A DNA stretch of 62,835 bases, filler included, from Deltaproteobacteria bacterium (GCA_016283195.1; 7 parts of 7 records of this genome joined end to end with filler, not necessarily neighbours in it), one strand, 5' to 3'. Shown: positions 37,841-48,946, counted from the whole stretch's first letter. The notes: generated by a model not told the origin, from the sequence alone. Numbers and translations are program-made.

Positions 37841-40800
37841 TTATGCATAGCGCTTTAAAAGCGAGCGCATAAAGCGCTTGTGATTGCCAAGGTAAAAAGC
37901 CAGAGCCTTGTTAAAATCTTTCCCCACCAGCCGCTCCACCAGAAGCTGACTGATGCGTTGTTCTAAGTCCAAAATGCTCATAGAACGCAAAATAATCTGC
38001 CGCTCAGGCCCAGAAAGAGCATTCATAGCCTCATGAAATACCGTGTGGGCGCGCGGTTGGTAAGCCCAAAAGTAGAGCATATCCAAGCTGTTGACAATAG
38101 CAATGTGCTCCAGATTGCTCTGTTCCGGGGGCAACTGGCTATAAAATTCTTGTGGCTTTTCCAGCGCGGCAAGAAGATTTTTCTCTGGGAAAACAGCCTC
38201 AAGTTTAGCATAATTATCAAATATTTGCGATAATTTTAGCTTATAGTCGGCCTTTCTTAGGCGCATATTCACCCCGCGATCGGCAAGACCCTCAATCACG
38301 GCGGCCACCAAGTCGGAAGCCAGTTTGGAAATCATGGCCGCCCAAAATTGCAGCTCGGTATTGGCTTCGCCGATTGTAGCAAAGATACCAAAAAAGAGCA
38401 GCATCCGCCCGGCTAAGTGGCTCATACCAAGAGCAATGGGTATAGAAAGAATAGAGCGGAAAAAATTACCCACTGCGGCACTTTTTGGTAAGCCGCGCAT
38501 AAAATTATGCGAAGTAATATAAACGCCGTTTACCAGCGAGTTCACAGTATAAAGAATAAAGACATGGTGCGAAGTGGTAACACCAAACATATCCTTTAAA
38601 ATAACACCATTTACCAGCCAATCCAAAAGCGGCACCGAGATGCCTGAATAAAGCAGCGAATCGGCCACCCGCCCCCAGCTGACAAAATCTGTCCAATGCA
38701 ACAGAGGGGCATTGGAAATACCGCGCCCGGCCAAAACCGATTGCATAACATTGCGCACGCCGGTAATAGCAAACCAGATAATGGCCCCAAAATAGGCCAA
38801 AAGCCACCAGTCCTTGGTAAAGAAAAAGGAGAGGAAAGCAGGAATAAAGCCGCCCAGCACTTTTAGCCAGTTAATAATGTCAGAGCGCATATAACGCAGC
38901 GGAATTTTGTAACGTGCGCGTTCGCTCTCTTCCTCCAGCGTATAGGGTGTGGGCGTCTCCTCGGCAATGCCGCCCAAAGTAGCCACATTGCCGTCTTTAG
39001 AATATGAAAAATCGGAAGCCTGCCATTTTTCTTCAATTTTTGAAAGAGAACGGCGGTTTATTATCGGCAAACGGTGCCAAAACTGCCCCCAAAGGCCAAA
39101 CTTATCAACCTCGGTGCCATAGGTGACCACATGAAGCGCCTGCGCTTTAATAGGCACAATGCGGCGATTAATGGAATTTTCTTTGCGCACCTTGCGCTGT
39201 ACACTTGGGGCCAAAGAGTCTAAAACCACGAGCCCCATGCCGTGCAGTTGCCGCGAGCGCCCGGTGGAATCGCTGCCAAGCTGAGCTTTTAATGGACTCT
39301 CCCTATAGAAAGATTGCAAGCGCGGCAAATCATGGAGAATAACCCGCATCTTTTTCAGGCGCTCTTCTTTATCCGGCTCGCTGCTCTGCTCCAAATCGCT
39401 GATCATCCGCCGCACAATGTGCTTTAAACGAATGATATTTGTCCCGTTAATGGCCTGGCGCAATTCGTCTATTCCCTCATAATTATTTATCTTTTTTGTG
39501 AGATAATCTTTGAGGTTCATAAGTTCCAGGTGCGTTATCAGCCCCTCGCAATCATAGAGAACTTCCAACACTTCCGGAGCATAAAGGCCGGTCAAATTCA
39601 TATTTATGCGATAACCGGCCGGCAATTTGTTTACTTCGCTCAAAAGTTCTTTGGGCGAAAGGGAGAGGCGCGCCGGCAAATCAACCGCCGTTTGCGGATT
39701 ATGCGGATCGGGCACTTCGGGATTTTTGGAACTTTTAAGATAATTTTGAAAAACCACCTCCGGATAAAAAGCCGCCATTTTAGCTATTTTTTCTTCTATT
39801 TTTTTGAGCTTATCAGGCGCAGCTCCTTTGGCTTCCGCCCGTAGTACCGTAAGGCGCTCTTTAAAAAGCGGTTGCACTTTATGATAAATAAATTCAGCCA
39901 GATGCAGAGTTGAAGCTTGGCCGGCACCGACAAAAGCTAAAAACGGCGCTACTTCAAGAGGGGGCAATTTAATCTCAAATTCACTATTCAGTTTTTTTAA
40001 ATGCTTTTTATTAAAATTATCCAAAAGCGCCAGCACATGGCGCTTGAAATAATCAGCCGACTTCTCGCCTTCCTTCATAAAGCGATTAACCACCGGCTCA
40101 TTTAAAAAGCTAAGAAAATCGCGCGGATCGGAGAAGCCACGCGGCACCCAGATGAGCTGCACAAATTTAGCGCGGTGCCGGGCCCAGAGCTCCACACCAA
40201 TACGCACTGTTATGCCCATAATCTCGGCCGCTTCTAAAAGCTCGGCCGCCACTTCCGGGCGCACAAAGTGGTAATATACAACCGTAATTTGCTTAATACC
40301 TTTTATCCAGGCATCCATCACCAGGTGCGTTGGCGTTTTCCGGCCCTTGGTACTGGCATCATGCACATGGCTGTCAAAAGTCAGCTGATCGCCGCTTTCT
40401 GGCATTTCCAAAAGGTGATAGCGATCCAAAAGGCGGCGCACCACACCAGGCTTGCCGCCGGAAACCTGGCGAAAATCATGAGCTAATTCCAATTGGCGCA
40501 CCGGGTCATCACCGGAACGCACCAGCTCTTTCATTAGCTGCAGCTGCACACGCGCCGTATTTATGCGCATATCAGTAATGGCGCTGCTTAAAGCCTCCTC
40601 CTTCACCGAGCGCAGTGCCTGAAGCCGCTCTCCGGCCTCTCCGTTTTCCAAAGAGCGCAAGAGCTGAATGATGGCATAGGCCACTCTGGATTCACGCTGA
40701 GCAGAAAGTTCTTTTATTCCGTGCGGATGCAAATAAGGGTCCAGGAGGCGCTTTTGGTGTGAACGGAGGCTCTCGTTCTCCAAAATCTCATTAACTATGG

Positions 40801-40873
40801 CTAAGAGTTCATGATCTGCCGGGTCAAAATATATTCTTGAAATTCTGGGCACTTGCACCGCTGCTTTCGACAT
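37841..40873 (-). CDS. Conserved hypothetical PHP-like metallo-domain protein with C-terminal membrane region
   Basis: FDSHVHDASTKGRKTPTHL, IGVEL and LGSDSTG motifs, several TM segments after about residue 670. Confidence 0.75.
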   Translation of the reverse strand: MSKAAVQVPRISRIYFDPADHELLAIVNEILENESLRSHQKRLLDPYLHPHGIKELSAQRESRVAYAIIQLLRSLENGEAGERLQALRSVKEEALSSAITDMRINTARVQLQLMKELVRSGDDPVRQLELAHDFRQVSGGKPGVVRRLLDRYHLLEMPESGDQLTFDSHVHDASTKGRKTPTHLVMDAWIKGIKQITVVYYHFVRPEVAAELLEAAEIMGITVRIGVELWARHRAKFVQLIWVPRGFSDPRDFLSFLNEPVVNRFMKEGEKSADYFKRHVLALLDNFNKKHLKKLNSEFEIKLPPLEVAPFLAFVGAGQASTLHLAEFIYHKVQPLFKERLTVLRAEAKGAAPDKLKKIEEKIAKMAAFYPEVVFQNYLKSSKNPEVPDPHNPQTAVDLPARLSLSPKELLSEVNKLPAGYRINMNLTGLYAPEVLEVLYDCEGLITHLELMNLKDYLTKKINNYEGIDELRQAINGTNIIRLKHIVRRMISDLEQSSEPDKEERLKKMRVILHDLPRLQSFYRESPLKAQLGSDSTGRSRQLHGMGLVVLDSLAPSVQRKVRKENSINRRIVPIKAQALHVVTYGTEVDKFGLWGQFWHRLPIINRRSLSKIEEKWQASDFSYSKDGNVATLGGIAEETPTPYTLEEESERARYKIPLRYMRSDIINWLKVLGGFIPAFLSFFFTKDWWLLAYFGAIIWFAITGVRNVMQSVLAGRGISNAPLLHWTDFVSWGRVADSLLYSGISVPLLDWLVNGVILKDMFGVTTSHHVFILYTVNSLVNGVYITSHNFMRGLPKSAAVGNFFRSILSIPIALGMSHLAGRMLLFFGIFATIGEANTELQFWAAMISKLASDLVAAVIEGLADRGVNMRLRKADYKLKLSQIFDNYAKLEAVFPEKNLLAALEKPQEFYSQLPPEQSNLEHIAIVNSLDMLYFWAYQPRAHTVFHEAMNALSGPERQIILRSMSILDLEQRISQLLVERLVGKDFNKALAFYLGNHKRFMRSLLKRYA

Positions 40874-41027
40874 TTGCCTACCTTAATTATCACAACAGGG
40901 CCAAATCACTTGGGCCGAACCTCCATTATGACTGTTGTGGCTATTTGGTCAAGCGCTATTTGCTCTTTTACCAAACTCTATTCTCTGATATAATTCCAAA
41001 AGCTTTTTTGAGGAAAGGAGCCTCATT

Positions 41028-42239
41028 ATGAATAAGCGTTTTGCCTTTACTGCTCTACTTGCTTTGGCCATGCTTGCTGTCTCCTGCTCCGGGGAAATTC
41101 CGGCCGCCGATTGTGCTGACGGAGATGCCGATTGCCAGAAAAAAGCCGGTAATGACAATTGGGGCCTCGATGCCATTACCGACCCCAATGTGGAATGCAC
41201 CGTAAATCTCCACTGCGGCGACGGCCACTTTTGCTATGAAGGCAAGTGCTACGAAGAAAAAGTGCTGGCCATAAAGACCCTCACCCTGCCGCCGGCTATT
41301 GCCGAAAACAGTTATGATTTTCAATTTGAGGCCTTTTACGGCGTAGAGCCTTTGGAGTGGCTCATTGTCGGCACTTTGCCGGAGGGGCTAAAATATGATA
41401 TGTTTGGTCATGTTACCGGCACCCCAGTTTTAGATTCCGTTGGCGAATATCCGCTAAAAGTTACAGTATTTGACGCCGCCGGAGCCCAAGCCAGCGCCAC
41501 TTATGTTTTAACTGTAAAAGAGCCCAATCTTTATATCACCACCAAAGAGTTGCCCACCGGTCAACAAAATGCCGAATATTCTGCCCAAATAGAGGTGGCC
41601 TTTGGCACTGCCCCCTTCCAATGGCGTCTGGTTGGCGAATTGCCACCCGGCCTCAATTTGAGCGAGAGCGGCCTTATCAGCGGCGTTCCCGAAATCATTG
41701 GCACTTTTACTTTTACCATTAAAGTTTATGACAGCTCCGACCCGGTTAACAGCGCCAGCCGCGAACTATCTATCACCATCGATCCTTTGCCGCTAAAAAT
41801 CAAAGCCGGGATTTTTTCTTATGATCTCAGCAAGATAAACCAGGCATTAAGCGGGTACTCCTTAAGTATCCTCATGCCCGCTATCGGCAATTATAAAATT
41901 CAACTTGGCGCCGAAGGCGGCCTGCCGCCCTACACCTGGGCCGAAGATAATAACCCCATTGTCAGCCTGGCTATGACCTTTTTGGGCATCTCTGTAGCCA
42001 TGCCTGAAGGCCTCACTTTAAGTGAGAGCGGCGTTATCAGCGGCACGCCCAGCGGCGAACCCTCCTCGTTCACCATCCCCGGCACCCAAATTGCTCTCAA
42101 AGGCTATATTTTCATGGCCACCGTCACCGACCAAAACGGCGACACAGCCACCGGTCTTTTTCTTATTCCAGTTATTGATTTAAACGATTTATTAGGCCTT
42201 TTGGGAGGTCTTGGCGGATTAGGTAATTTGCCGTTTTAA
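41028..42239 (+). CDS. Lipoprotein with Cys-rich N-terminus and putative Ig (He_PIG-like) repeats
   Basis: Lipobox AVS-C and three (L/M)PxGL...G(H/L/V)(V/I)(T/S)G(T/V)P repeats. Confidence 0.82.
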   Translation: MNKRFAFTALLALAMLAVSCSGEIPAADCADGDADCQKKAGNDNWGLDAITDPNVECTVNLHCGDGHFCYEGKCYEEKVLAIKTLTLPPAIAENSYDFQFEAFYGVEPLEWLIVGTLPEGLKYDMFGHVTGTPVLDSVGEYPLKVTVFDAAGAQASATYVLTVKEPNLYITTKELPTGQQNAEYSAQIEVAFGTAPFQWRLVGELPPGLNLSESGLISGVPEIIGTFTFTIKVYDSSDPVNSASRELSITIDPLPLKIKAGIFSYDLSKINQALSGYSLSILMPAIGNYKIQLGAEGGLPPYTWAEDNNPIVSLAMTFLGISVAMPEGLTLSESGVISGTPSGEPSSFTIPGTQIALKGYIFMATVTDQNGDTATGLFLIPVIDLNDLLGLLGGLGGLGNLPF

Positions 42240-42249
42240 TTTAAACTTT

Positions 42250-45075
42250 TTAGCTTTTCTTAGACGCTGTTTTTTTGGCTGAAGTTGCTTTAGTGGCCTT
42301 GGCTGCCGTAGCCACTTTGGTAGAGGTTGCTTTTTTTTCTACTGTCCCCTTCTTTGCTGCTGCCCGGCGCACAAAACGGCGCTTAGGCGCTCCGCCGTCT
42401 GCAGCAATTTTGGCCACTTTGGCATCGTAAATAGCAATAGCTTCATCGAGAGTGAGCTTATCAAGCGCCTCTTCCTGCTGCGCTTTGGGGACAGTGGCAT
42501 TAACGGTGCCATCGGTAATATAAGGGCCGTAGCGGCCATCTTTTATCCTGAGCTCCACCCCGCTTCCCGGATGGGTGCCGAGTAATTTGCCGCTGTTATC
42601 AGCTTTGGCTTCACCGGTTGAACGCGCTGCCGCTTTGCCTCGCGTCTTGGGTTTATTAATAAGTTCAATGGCTTCGGCCAGGGTAATAGTGAGCGGCGAG
42701 AGCGAGCTCGGAATAGAGCGCGTTTCGCTACCGGCTTTAACAAAGGGGCCAAAGCGCCCGCTGGCCGCCACCACTTCCTCACCAGCCTCATTTTTGCCTA
42801 AGGTGCGCGGCAAGGAGAGCAAACGAATAGCGGTATCGAGATCAATATCTTCCGGCTTCATGCCCTTTAAGAGCGGCGCAGTCTTAACTGCCGGCGCTTC
42901 AGCAGTTGCCCCAGCCTTTTTGCCTTTGGCTCCCTTCTCGCTCTTCTCGGTTTTTTCCGCTTTATCGCCCATTTGCACATAGGGGCCAAAGCGCCCGCTT
43001 TTCACATAAATAGGCTGTTTTGTTTCCGGATGAAGACCTAGAGGCTCCTCAGCTGTGCCGGCTTTTTCCAATAATTCTACAGCTTTATTCAGAGTTAGTT
43101 CATCGGGCACCGTGTCATCGGCAATAGATGAGCGGGCTTCGCCATTGGTCAAAAAGAGGCCAAAACGGCCAACGCGCACTTCCACCTGGCGCCCTTTTTC
43201 ATCTTTGCCCAAAGGAACACCGCAAACCACGCGCGGGTCGATTTTTTCACCGGAGCTTTCCACCAGTTCCAAGAGCCCCGGATAACCGGCGCCATAATAA
43301 AACTGCTTTAAATAATCGAGTTCGCTCACTTTGCCGTTGGAAATCTGGTCAAGTTCCTCTTCCAGTTTGGCAGTAAATTTATAATCAACCAAATTAGTAA
43401 AATATTGTTCCAAAAGGTTGGTTATAGCCATAGCCAAAAAGGTGGGCACTAAAATCTGCCCCTTCATAAAGGCATAAGTGCGGTTTACCACCAGCTCCAA
43501 AATTGAGCTCCAGGTACTGGGGCGGCCGATACCGGCCAATTCCAGCGTTTTGAGCATCTCGGCATGAGTATAACGGGCCGGCGGTTTGGTGGTGTGCTCC
43601 TGCAATTTTAGCTCTTTAGCTATTAAATGAGCCCCTTCGGCAAGCGGCGGCAAGAGCTTTTCCTGGCTGGCGAGCCTAGCCGACGGGTCATCGCTACCCT
43701 CCACATAGGCGCGCATATATCCCGGGAATATAATAGTTTTTCCCGTTGCTTTGAAGGCTGCCCTGCCCTGATTTACCAAGACAGATGTGAGCTCAACTTT
43801 GGCATCGTTCATCTGGCAGGCCATAGTGCGCTTATAAATGAGCTCATAGAGCTTTTGGGCCTCAAAGCCCAAGCTCTTTACCGCCTCCAGCGGAAAGAAG
43901 GTATTACTTGCCGGGTCGATAGCCGGACGAATGGCCTCGTGGGCCTCTTGGGAATTTTTGGCTTTATTGGCATAATAACGCGGTTTTTCAGGCAAAAATT
44001 CGCTGCCAAACTCGCTGGTGATAAGTCTGCGTGCTGCCGCAATACCATCAGGTGAAAGATTGGTGGAATCAGTACGCATATAGGTGATAAAGCCGTTTTC
44101 AAAGAGACTCTGGGCGAGGCGCATCGTCTGTGAGGGGCTAAAGCGCAGTTTCCGCGAGGCCTCCTGCTGCATGGTGCTGGTGGTAAAAGGCGGATATGGG
44201 CTGTTATTTTTTGGCTTTTTCTCCACCTTGCCCACGATGGCTTTTTCTTTTGAAATTTCTTCAAGAAGCTTTTGGGCGCTCTTTTTATCCAGCAACAGCG
44301 CTTTGGAACCGGCTTTTAGCTGCCCGGTTTTAGGCGAAAGATCGTCACCGCCGGCCACATTTTGCCCGGAGACAGAAAGCAAATCGGCCTCAAAAGGCGT
44401 GCCGTCGGCAGCCAGATAAGTAGCTGAAATATCGCTATAATTGCCGGATACAAAGCTGAGGCGCTCGCGCTCCCTGTCCACCAGCATACGCACCACCACG
44501 CTCTGCACGCGGCCGGCGCTCAAATTGGGCACCATCTTTTGCCAAAGAACCGGGCTCACCATGTAGCCAAAGAGGCGATCGACAATACGCCTAGCTTCCT
44601 GAGCACGCACCAAGTCCATGTCGATGTCGCTTAAATGATGAAGCGATTCCTGCACAGCTTTGTAGGTAATCTCATTAAAGCGCATACGCTTTACCGGCAC
44701 TTTTATCTTTAAAAGCTGCACCAAATGCCAGCTAATAGATTCACCTTCGCGATCTTCATCGGTGGCGAGCAGCACTTCACTGGCATTTTTGAGAGCATTT
44801 TTGAGATTTGTTACTGTGTCACCGCGCGCTTTTACCACATAAAGCGGCGCAAAATCGTGCTCCACATCAACACCCAGGCGCGCCCACTTTTGCCCTTTAT
44901 AAGCTGCCGGAATATCAGCGGCCGAAGTTGGCAAATCGCGTACATGGCCAACAGAGGCCATCACCTTATAACCAGCACCCAAAAAGCGCTGTATGTGGCG
45001 CACTTTATTGGGAGATTCCACAATCACCAATTTATATTTGCCATCTTTATTTTCTTGAATAGCTTGCTTTGCCAT
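42250..45075 (-). CDS. topA: DNA topoisomerase I with Topo_C repeats and Lys/Ala-rich tail
   Basis: LVIVESP, ATDEDREGE, SAGRVQS, ITYMRTDS, AHEAIRP, four GR(F/Y)G repeats, no zinc ribbons. Confidence 0.97.
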   Translation of the reverse strand: MAKQAIQENKDGKYKLVIVESPNKVRHIQRFLGAGYKVMASVGHVRDLPTSAADIPAAYKGQKWARLGVDVEHDFAPLYVVKARGDTVTNLKNALKNASEVLLATDEDREGESISWHLVQLLKIKVPVKRMRFNEITYKAVQESLHHLSDIDMDLVRAQEARRIVDRLFGYMVSPVLWQKMVPNLSAGRVQSVVVRMLVDRERERLSFVSGNYSDISATYLAADGTPFEADLLSVSGQNVAGGDDLSPKTGQLKAGSKALLLDKKSAQKLLEEISKEKAIVGKVEKKPKNNSPYPPFTTSTMQQEASRKLRFSPSQTMRLAQSLFENGFITYMRTDSTNLSPDGIAAARRLITSEFGSEFLPEKPRYYANKAKNSQEAHEAIRPAIDPASNTFFPLEAVKSLGFEAQKLYELIYKRTMACQMNDAKVELTSVLVNQGRAAFKATGKTIIFPGYMRAYVEGSDDPSARLASQEKLLPPLAEGAHLIAKELKLQEHTTKPPARYTHAEMLKTLELAGIGRPSTWSSILELVVNRTYAFMKGQILVPTFLAMAITNLLEQYFTNLVDYKFTAKLEEELDQISNGKVSELDYLKQFYYGAGYPGLLELVESSGEKIDPRVVCGVPLGKDEKGRQVEVRVGRFGLFLTNGEARSSIADDTVPDELTLNKAVELLEKAGTAEEPLGLHPETKQPIYVKSGRFGPYVQMGDKAEKTEKSEKGAKGKKAGATAEAPAVKTAPLLKGMKPEDIDLDTAIRLLSLPRTLGKNEAGEEVVAASGRFGPFVKAGSETRSIPSSLSPLTITLAEAIELINKPKTRGKAAARSTGEAKADNSGKLLGTHPGSGVELRIKDGRYGPYITDGTVNATVPKAQQEEALDKLTLDEAIAIYDAKVAKIAADGGAPKRRFVRRAAAKKGTVEKKATSTKVATAAKATKATSAKKTASKKS

Positions 45076-45189
45076 TACATCCTCCCCATGGAGCTCTAGG
45101 GCCTTATACTCATAGTTTGGCTCTTTGGCAATTTATCGGGCAAATTATTTTGCCTAAACGTAAGACAGTTGCGCCGCTCCAGGTTCATC

Positions 45190-45476
45190 TCACTCCAGCA
45201 TACCCATAGCGGTAACTTCGTTCTTATTTACATGTAAGTGCCTTAAATCATAATACTTTGTGTGCTCGCGCAGGAATAATTTAAAGGGCTCCAATAGATG
45301 GTAGCTCTCGCCGCCTTTAAACTTGATGGTCACCACAAAATTGCGGCAAAGTCGCTCGCTAACCCAGGTGGTCACCAGCTCGATAAGGCGCTCGGGGAAA
45401 GCAATAATATCGCTCAAAAGCCAGTCAACAGGCTTTTCCGGCCGGTATTTAAAGGCATCGCCCTGCATAAAAGTGA
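45190..45476 (-). CDS. C-terminal fragment of an RlmM-like SAM-dependent RNA methyltransferase
   Basis: GDAFKYRP..VDWLLSD...FVVTIKF...RHLHVNKNEVT. Confidence 0.7.
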
Positions 45477-45578
45477 NNNNNNNNNNNNNNNNNNNNNNNN
45501 NNNNNNNNNNNNNNNNNNNNTTAATTAATTAANNNNNNNNNNNNNNNNNNNNNNNNNNNNNNNNNNNNNNNNNNNNCA

Positions 45579-47537
45579 CTGAAAAACCCGGTCTATTTCC
45601 AACCCGGCAAAAAATTGCGTAAGGGCGAGGTGATGGGAGATGTCAGCGAGACAGCAATCCAACAGATTCAGATTCGGGAAACCGTCAAATCCCACTTTGA
45701 AAAAGAACGGGCATTGTTCAACCAGGGCATCAAGACCCTTTCGCTGTTCTTCATCGACGAGGTGGCCAACTACAAGAGCTATGATGCGGATGGAAACGAG
45801 GTGCAAGGTCCGCTGTGGAAGATGTTTGAGGACGAATACAACCGCTATCTGAATGAGAACTTGACCCTGTTTGAGGACGATTATCAGAGATACCTGCGCC
45901 GTTTTTCGGCTGCGGAAGTGCATAACGGTTATTTCTCCATTGACAAGAAAGGCCGTTCAGTAAACAGCGAAGTGAAGCGTGGTAAGGACACCTCCGATGA
46001 CATTTCGGCTTACGACCTGATTCTGAAAAACAAGGAACGCCTGTTGAGCTTCGATGAGCCGACACGATTCATTTTCTCCCACTCTGCCTTGCGCGAAGGT
46101 TGGGACAATCCCAACGTGTTCCAAATCTGCACCTTGCGTCACGCCAACTCCAGCACTGCCAAACGGCAGGAAGTGGGTCGTGGTTTGCGTATCTGCGTCG
46201 ATAACGATGGCAACCGTATGGACAAGGAACGCTTGGGCGATGCCGTACACGACACCAACAAACTGACCGTCATCGCCAACGAGAATTACAGCTCTTTTGT
46301 CGATGCCTTGCAGAAAGAGACCAAAGACACCCTTCGTGAACGTCCGACACAAGCCACGGTCGATTACTTCAAAGGCGTTACCCTCAAAGTGGGCGAGGAG
46401 AAGCACACCATTTTGGAACAAGAGGCCGCCAGTATTGTCAGTTATTTGTTCGACAACGACTATATCGACGAGAAGGGCAACATCTTGCAAGACTATCATA
46501 CCGATATGGAAAAGGGCACTTTGGCCCCGATGAGCAAGAAGTTGCAACCCATTGAAGAGCAAGTGCATAAATTGATACAGAGTATCTTTGATCCTGCTGC
46601 TTTGGACGATATGGTAGAAGATGCTAACTGTAAGGCGGAAGTGGTGAATGAGCGTTTGAACGACAATGCCGAAAAGAAGGAATTCAAGGCCTTGTGGAAA
46701 GAAATCAACCACCGCTATGTCTATACGGTGCATTACGACAGTGAGGAACTGATTCAGAAAGCCATTGCCGCCATTGGTAGCGAGTTGAATGTCACGCAGC
46801 TCAAGTATGTGGTGACCACCGGCATCCAAGGCAATGACGAGTTGGATTTTACCGGCGAAGAGAGAACCAGAACGAGTGAAATGCGTGATGTGTCAACCAG
46901 CAATGTACCTTACGATTTGGTGGGCGACATCGCCAAAGCCGCTACATTGACCCGCCGCACAGTTACTTGCATTCTGAAAGGAATTCGATCGAAACTATAC
47001 ATGTTTAAGAACAACCCAGAAGAGTTCATTCGCAAGGTGAGCCATATCATCAGAGAACAGAAAGCCACGATGATTGTGGAGCACATCAGCTATAACCGTA
47101 CGGAAAACCATTACGATTCCGACATCTTCACCAAGGAAAAGAGCCGCCAAACAGTGGATAAAGCCTACGAAGCCAAAAAGCACATTTTGGATTATGTCTT
47201 TCCCGATAGCCAAGGCGAGCGTGACTTTGCCGAGGACTTGGACAAAGCGGAAGAAGTGTGTGTCTATGCCAAATTGCCGAGATCGTTCCACATTCCTACT
47301 CCTGTTGGCAACTATGCTCCCGATTGGGCCATCGCTTTCAACGATAACATGGGCATAAAACACGTCTTCTTCATTGCCGAAACCAAAGGCAGCATGGATT
47401 CGATGCAGCTAAAAGGTGTAGAACAGGCTAAGATTAAATGTGCAGAGAAACTATTTAATGACCTCAGATTTAGCGGCGTACAATATAAAGCATGTAGTAA
47501 TTACCAGGACTTACTAAATGCAATCAATAAGTGCTAG
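45579..47537 (+). CDS. res: Type III restriction endonuclease Res subunit, 5'-truncated
   Basis: IKTLSLFFIDEV, FIFSHSALREGWDNPNVFQIC, QEVGRGLR, nuclease motif YAPDW...AETK. Confidence 0.93.
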   Translation: MKNPVYFQPGKKLRKGEVMGDVSETAIQQIQIRETVKSHFEKERALFNQGIKTLSLFFIDEVANYKSYDADGNEVQGPLWKMFEDEYNRYLNENLTLFEDDYQRYLRRFSAAEVHNGYFSIDKKGRSVNSEVKRGKDTSDDISAYDLILKNKERLLSFDEPTRFIFSHSALREGWDNPNVFQICTLRHANSSTAKRQEVGRGLRICVDNDGNRMDKERLGDAVHDTNKLTVIANENYSSFVDALQKETKDTLRERPTQATVDYFKGVTLKVGEEKHTILEQEAASIVSYLFDNDYIDEKGNILQDYHTDMEKGTLAPMSKKLQPIEEQVHKLIQSIFDPAALDDMVEDANCKAEVVNERLNDNAEKKEFKALWKEINHRYVYTVHYDSEELIQKAIAAIGSELNVTQLKYVVTTGIQGNDELDFTGEERTRTSEMRDVSTSNVPYDLVGDIAKAATLTRRTVTCILKGIRSKLYMFKNNPEEFIRKVSHIIREQKATMIVEHISYNRTENHYDSDIFTKEKSRQTVDKAYEAKKHILDYVFPDSQGERDFAEDLDKAEEVCVYAKLPRSFHIPTPVGNYAPDWAIAFNDNMGIKHVFFIAETKGSMDSMQLKGVEQAKIKCAEKLFNDLRFSGVQYKACSNYQDLLNAINKC

Positions 47538-48946
47538 TGCCCCGCCTCCCCGCCAAATTCCCTCGCCATCTCTTCATAGCTCACCAGCGTAACATTTCCC
47601 AGTTCGGCGGCTCTTTTTTGGCAGCCTGCGGAAAAGCCGGATTTAGAAAAGATAAAATAGTGCTTTTCCGCATAATTAAGCAGGCGGCTACGCTGTAAAA
47701 GTGTTTCAAGAGTGGCAGTTTCTACTTTTTCACTAGTCCACTTGCATTCAGCAAAGAGGGCGCTATGACTATCCTCTTCACCAATAATATCAATTTCCGC
47801 TTGGCACTTGTTTTGCGGATCATTGCCCCACCAGCGGCCGAGAGAACGAAATTCCAGCGGGCTTTTCCCTCTTAAAAGCAGCTCCCAAAGATATTGGCGG
47901 GAAATCTCCTCAAATACTTTTCCCATATAAGCCGGGAGCTGGGGCTCAATGCGCCGGTAGGCTAGGTCGATAGCGCCACGGGCAATTAAAGAAACATTTT
48001 CGGGGACAAAGCGATACCAAAACCGAAACATATTATCACTTAGGTAATATATGGATTTTTTAGTGGATTTTTCGCCATACGGCTCCTCTTTTTGCACCAG
48101 CCCCAAGGTGAGGAGGTTTTTTAAATAGGTGGCGCACACATTGCTTGGTTCGCCGACTTTGCCGGCAATTTCTGCCAGGCGCGAAGCGCCGCAGGCAATG
48201 GCGGTAATGATGGCTGTATAAATTGCCGGCTCTCTAACCTCTTGTTTTAAAATATTTATTGGCTCTTCATAAAGGGGCGAGGCCGGATTTAGATAGAGAT
48301 TTTTAATGTTTTCGTTAAGACTCAATTTGTTATCTATATTTAAGAGATATTGAGGTGTGCCGCCAACCAGGCCATATATGAGCGCTCTCTCTTCCGGAGA
48401 AAAGCTATTAGCATATTGAAAAACTTCTTTAAATTCAAAGGGCAGGAGTTTAAGCTGCGCCGATCTGCGGCCGTAGAGAGGCGCTTTATAAGCCAGTACC
48501 TGATCCTCCATATATGACATGGAAGAGCCGCAAAGGATGAGCATTAGTTTGGAGTTATCTTTAAATTTGTCTATCAGTAATTGCAAAGTTGAAGCGAGGT
48601 GCGGCACCACGCGGGCAATATAAGGATATTCATCAATGGCTAAAATCAGGCGTTTTTTAAGAGAAAGGCGAAAAACACTTTCGAGAGCCGCCTGGAAAGA
48701 TGAAAAAGTGGCATCAAATCCTTCTGGCCCACTGTATTCCATAATACTTCGGCTAAAATTTTCTAAATTTTGCCCGGCATTGCTTTCTACACCCATAAGA
48801 TAAATAGCCGGTTTATCAGTGATAAAATGGCTTATTAGGGCTGTTTTGCCCACGCGGCGGCGGCCATAGATAACCGCAAACTCGAACTTGTCGGAATTAT
48901 ATAATTTATTTAAAGTACTAAGCTCGTTCTCCCGCCCGATAAACAT
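47534..48946 (-). CDS. ATP-binding protein (archaeal-type ATPase_2 + DUF234)
   Basis: FIGRENEL, YGRRRVGKT, IDEYPY, GGTPQY, DNMFRFWYRF, GRWW...EIDI...ECKW. Confidence 0.92.
   Translation of the reverse strand: MFIGRENELSTLNKLYNSDKFEFAVIYGRRRVGKTALISHFITDKPAIYLMGVESNAGQNLENFSRSIMEYSGPEGFDATFSSFQAALESVFRLSLKKRLILAIDEYPYIARVVPHLASTLQLLIDKFKDNSKLMLILCGSSMSYMEDQVLAYKAPLYGRRSAQLKLLPFEFKEVFQYANSFSPEERALIYGLVGGTPQYLLNIDNKLSLNENIKNLYLNPASPLYEEPINILKQEVREPAIYTAIITAIACGASRLAEIAGKVGEPSNVCATYLKNLLTLGLVQKEEPYGEKSTKKSIYYLSDNMFRFWYRFVPENVSLIARGAIDLAYRRIEPQLPAYMGKVFEEISRQYLWELLLRGKSPLEFRSLGRWWGNDPQNKCQAEIDIIGEEDSHSALFAECKWTSEKVETATLETLLQRSRLLNYAEKHYFIFSKSGFSAGCQKRAAELGNVTLVSYEEMAREFGGEAGH

Noticed and set aside
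42250-43200. TopA lacking zinc ribbons with a Lys-rich tail
   Set aside because: A known TopA architecture with Topo_C repeats, found in several phyla.
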